Shown piece by piece: positions 60,471 through 64,000 of a stretch of 64,000 nucleotides of DNA (positions are counted from its first letter, which is position 1; each line of letters opens with the position of its first letter). The translations under genes were made by a program, and so were the position numbers. Origin of the DNA: an uncultured delta proteobacterium (GTDB taxonomy: Bacteria > Desulfobacterota > Syntrophia > Syntrophales > UBA5619); NCBI GenBank assembly GCA_963817385.1, contig CAWFOM010000004.1:1-64000 (forward strand), read 5' to 3'. Under the pieces are notes generated by a model. The model did not search any database and was not told the DNA's origin. It saw nothing but the letters and a program-made list of their open reading frames with translations.

Positions 60471-61921
60471 ATGGAAACGATTCATTTCAAGACGGTGGAC
60501 CCGGTGAGCCAGGATCTGCTCCGCGGGGCGTCTCAGAAGGGGCTTTCTCTCAACTGGGAGAGGTATGAAAAACAGCAGCCGCAGGACGGTTTTCTGCGCC
60601 TGGGGCTCTCGTGCCCGTACGGGTGCATGCAGGGACCCTGCCGGATCGATCCGTACGGACGGGGAGCGGACCGGGGGATCTGCGGGCTGGACCGGGACTC
60701 GATGGCCGCGGCGTTCCTGCTTCGCCTGACGCTCCAGGGGGTGCTGGAGACGATGCAGGCCTATCCGGCGGGTGACGGGGAGATCGCCTGGCCGGCGCCG
60801 CTCGACAAACCGGCTGCGGCGGCCCTGGCGGCAGCCGGCGGGGGGCCTCTCTCCACCGGGGAGATAGCGGCGAGCGCGGTCATGCTGGCGCGACCTTCGG
60901 CGACCCCGGAGGAGCTGGTCCGTCAGGCCGTCCGGCTGGGTCTTCTCGGGATCGGCATCGCGGAAGCGGGCAGGAAATCGGGACAACCCACCGGGTCCCG
61001 GGGGTGCCGGGTGGGTTACGGGCTCCTCGCCGGAGAGGCGATCACGATCGGCCTGGCCGGTCGGGTTCCGGCGGCGCAGGTTGAGGCGCTCCTGAAGGCG
61101 GGCGGGAAGAAGCCGGACGTGCGGCTGGTATCGCTCGGGGAGTGGCTCCCCGCCGGGGAGGGGTTTCTTCCCATCGTCTGCACGTCGGGCGAGGCGGAGA
61201 CCGTCCTGAGCTCAGGGAAGATTAACCTCCTTCTGGTGGGTTCCCAGTGCGATCCGGGCGTCCCGGCCCTCTGCGCGCGGATGAAGGTCCCGGTGCTCAT
61301 GAGCTCCGGCAACCCCGCTGCGGCGGCGGTTCTCAAGCAGGCCCGGGCGGCGTTCGAAGGCCGGGGTCCCTCATCCTTCTCCCCCGATGCATGCCCTTAT
61401 CGGGGAAGGACGCGTGAGCATCGGCGAGCGCGAGGTCCAGGCGGCCCTGAAGGACGGCCCATCGGCGAAGATCGCCCTGATCGGCGGCGCGGACACCCTC
61501 CTGCAGTCTCTCGGCCACCTTCCCGTGGAGCTGGCCAAGGCGCTCCGCGGCGAGTCGGTTGCCGTCGCCTCCTGGGGCGATGCCGCCCTCTGGATGCTCA
61601 AAGAGGAGCTTCCCGTCGGGATCCTGGAGGCCGAAGAAGGGCCGATGACCGCGGTCAGGACACTGACGAAGGCCGGAAAGCTTTCGGCAGATCAAGGGAA
61701 TCTGCTTCACGGGTCTCAGGGACTGCCGGGAGTTCACGCGGGCCCTGGGGCTCGCCGCACTGGGGCTGAAGGTTGCTCTCGCCGTGCCGATTCCCCTCTG
61801 GGGGAGCGAGAAGGTCCGCACGGCGCTTCGGGAGAGCCTGGCGGCCGCGGGCGGGATCCTGTCCCATTTTGACCACCCGGCCCAGGGGGAAGAGCTCCTG
61901 GAGTGGTTCCTCCGGGCGTGA
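60471..61921 (+). CDS. Degenerate CooS/Ni-CODH homolog, about 482 aa (frameshifts near 61391 and 61690)
   Basis: WERYEKQQPQDGFLRLGLSCPYGCMQGPCRI..GICG, VGYGLL, GSQC and PLWGSEKV align with CooS landmarks; most C-cluster ligands absent. Confidence 0.8.
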
Positions 61922-61927
61922 GGAAAG

Positions 61928-63193
61928 ATGAGGAGCAACTCCATGGAATGTATCATCGTTGGCGGCGGGGCCGCCGGTTTTCAGGCCGCCGCGACCTGCC
62001 GGGCGATATGGCCCGAGCGGGCCGTGACCCTGATCGACGCCGAGAGTGAATGCGGGTATTACCGGGCGCTCCTGCCCCAGTTCATGGCGGGGGCGCTTCC
62101 GGAAGAGAAACTCTTCTTCCGGCGGGAGGGGAATGACCCGCTCCTGAAAGTACGAACCGGCGTCCGGGTGAAGAAGCTGGATCGGAGCGGCTCCCGGCTC
62201 ATGTTGGCCGATGGGGAGGAGATCCCCTACGACCGCCTGATCCTCGCCCACGGCGGGGATCCTTACCTGCCCGGCATCCTCGCCGGTCCGCCGGCGAAGG
62301 GGATCTTTCCGGTCCGCGACCTGACGACGGCGCGGGCGGCGAAGGCGTGGCTTGCCGATCACCGGCAGGTGATCGTCTTCGGCGGCTCGCTCGTCGGGGT
62401 GAAGACGGCGGTTCATTTGCGTCAGGCGGGGTTCGAGGTCTCGCTGATCGTCAGGCGGGGCCATATTCTCCTGCGCGCCCTCTCTCCGGAAGCGGCTCAG
62501 GTCGTCGAGGCGCACCTGAAGGATTTGGGGGTTCGCCTGGTAGTCGACGCGCCCCTGGAGGATATCCGCATCGAGCGGGGAGCGATCGCGGCCCTGAAGG
62601 CGGGGGATCAGTGGATAGCCTGCGACACCCTGATCGTGGCGGCCGGAACCGCGCCGGACACGGCGTTTCTGGAGGGGACGGGCCTTCTGACGGAGGGAGA
62701 GCTCGTCGTTTCCCCGGCCTTGCAGACGGCCGATCCGCGGATCTTCGCCGCGGGCGATGTGGCCGTGATAGCCGGTGCGGGCGGGGAGAAGATCAGCCCG
62801 AACACCTGGCCGCAGGCGGTCTCGCAGGGGAGGACGGCGGCGGAGAATCTCTACCGGCAGACGCCCCTGCCCCATCGCGACCGGACACGGATCAATGCGA
62901 TGGAGCTCCACGGGCTCGCCATGGTCATCCTCGGCCCCCCGGTTGACGGGACGGAGGTGATCTCGTATGCGAGACCCGAGGAGCGTATCCGGCGCGAGCT
63001 CTTCCTCCGGGGAGGAAAGCCGGTGGGAGGCGCCTTGATCGGCGACATCTCGGCCGCCGGGACGCTCCGCGCCCTGATCAACGCCGGGCGGGAGATCACC
63101 CCCGGGGACGCCGCGCTCCTCAAGCCCCTGACGAGGAGCGTCATCCGTTTCCCTGAACACGCGGGCCGCAGGCAGGCCCTGATTCTTTCCTAA
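61928..63193 (+). CDS. FAD-dependent pyridine nucleotide-disulfide oxidoreductase (FNOR-like)
   Basis: IVGGGAAG, YDRLILAHG, FGGSLVG, IFAAGDVA. Confidence 0.9.
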   Translation: MRSNSMECIIVGGGAAGFQAAATCRAIWPERAVTLIDAESECGYYRALLPQFMAGALPEEKLFFRREGNDPLLKVRTGVRVKKLDRSGSRLMLADGEEIPYDRLILAHGGDPYLPGILAGPPAKGIFPVRDLTTARAAKAWLADHRQVIVFGGSLVGVKTAVHLRQAGFEVSLIVRRGHILLRALSPEAAQVVEAHLKDLGVRLVVDAPLEDIRIERGAIAALKAGDQWIACDTLIVAAGTAPDTAFLEGTGLLTEGELVVSPALQTADPRIFAAGDVAVIAGAGGEKISPNTWPQAVSQGRTAAENLYRQTPLPHRDRTRINAMELHGLAMVILGPPVDGTEVISYARPEERIRRELFLRGGKPVGGALIGDISAAGTLRALINAGREITPGDAALLKPLTRSVIRFPEHAGRRQALILS

Positions 63194-63208
63194 TATGAGG
63201 TTACGTCT

Positions 63209-63934
63209 ATGATCATTCTTGAAGAGATCTGTATCGGGTGCGGTTGCTGCCAATCCTGCTGTCCCACCGCTGCGATCAAATATAAAGGACTCAAGAGCGC
63301 AATCGACCAGGATGTCTGCTACGAATGCGGCACCTGCCTGCGGACCGCGCACTGTCCCGTCGACGCCATCGCGGAATCCCCCGACGTCTATGAATATCCC
63401 CGGGCGATTCGCAAGTACTTCAGCGACCCGAAATCGATGCACGCGGTCACCGGCATCCAGGGCCGGGGAACCGAGGAGTCCAAGACGAACGATGTCACCC
63501 TGCGAGTCGGTCCCGGCGAGGTCGGCGTCGCCATCGAGGTCGGCCGGCCCACGGTCGGCATGTCGCTTCTGGATGTCCAGAAGATCTCCCGGGCGATTGC
63601 CCGGACCGGCGTCCACAAGATCGAACCGAACAATCCGATCCACTCCATGATCGCCGACGAGGCTACGGGGGATCTCAAGCCGGAGTTGCTCGGGGAACGG
63701 GTGCTCTCGGCGATCATCGAGTTCACGGTGAAACGGGATCAGCTTCGCGGCGTCCTCCGGACCCTCAAGGAGGTCGCCAAAGAGGTGGACAGCGTCTTCT
63801 GCATCGACGCCTGCACCCTCCTCGAACCGGGGCTCACCATCCCGGAGGAGGTCCTGGAGAGCATCCGGGCGGAGGGGTTAACCTGGCGGCCGAATGCCAA
63901 GGTCAACATGGGCCTCGGACGGGCCTGGGATTGA
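63209..63934 (+). CDS. 2x[4Fe-4S] ferredoxin-domain protein with uncharacterised C-terminal domain
   Basis: CIGCGCCQSCCP, CYECGTC...CP, GRGTEESKTNDVT. Confidence 0.85.
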   Translation: MIILEEICIGCGCCQSCCPTAAIKYKGLKSAIDQDVCYECGTCLRTAHCPVDAIAESPDVYEYPRAIRKYFSDPKSMHAVTGIQGRGTEESKTNDVTLRVGPGEVGVAIEVGRPTVGMSLLDVQKISRAIARTGVHKIEPNNPIHSMIADEATGDLKPELLGERVLSAIIEFTVKRDQLRGVLRTLKEVAKEVDSVFCIDACTLLEPGLTIPEEVLESIRAEGLTWRPNAKVNMGLGRAWD

Positions 63935-63935
63935 G

Positions 63936-64000
63936 GATGACGGCTTCGGAAAAAGATCCCTATGCGGCGTTGCGCTGCATCCTTCGTCACTGCGGCGTAC
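63936..64000. repeat. Possible start of a miniature palindromic intergenic repeat, cut by the window edge
   Basis: GCGGCGTTGCGCTGCATCCTTCGTCACTGCGGCGTAC resembles an intergenic repeat I recall from deltaproteobacterial genomes; no second copy in this window. Confidence 0.35.

Noticed and set aside
1..64000. CRISPR array, tRNA/rRNA, IS transposase or integrase
   Set aside because: No regularly spaced repeats, cloverleafs or recombinase motifs were recognised by eye; Infernal/tRNAscan were not run.

Overview
GC-rich bacterial window. Gene content (CoA transferase, acyl-CoA catabolism, hemE-hemH-hemY, CooF/CooS-like operon, probable selenoprotein) suggests an anaerobe, plausibly Desulfobacterota/Syntrophales-like; this is inference only. 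It holds about 57 genes: a liv ABC operon, prfC, a phospholipase-B-like lipoprotein, lemA-DUF2207, heme biosynthesis, iorAB-like genes, mrfAB-like repair genes, a small AT-richer island (cyclase-fold gene facing an RloAB-type ATPase/TOPRIM pair), an acyl-CoA catabolic operon, terC under a yybP-ykoY riboswitch, two tandem leuCD-like pairs, two tctC paralogs and a cooF-cooS-like-FNOR-ferredoxin operon. Twelve single-base frameshifts in nine otherwise intact genes look like sequencing/assembly errors. Best leads: (1) an exported protein with an in-frame UGA in a U-G-C-P motif followed by a SECIS-like hairpin, downstream of a cupredoxin and a 4-His membrane protein; (2) a CooS/CODH homolog that keeps B-cluster cysteines but has lost nearly all Ni-cluster ligands; (3) the putative defence island with palindromic operators; (4) attC-like hairpins around a GNAT gene; (5) a CheD lacking its catalytic Cys, paired with an HDOD protein. 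No rRNA, tRNA, CRISPR array, integrase or transposase was recognised.
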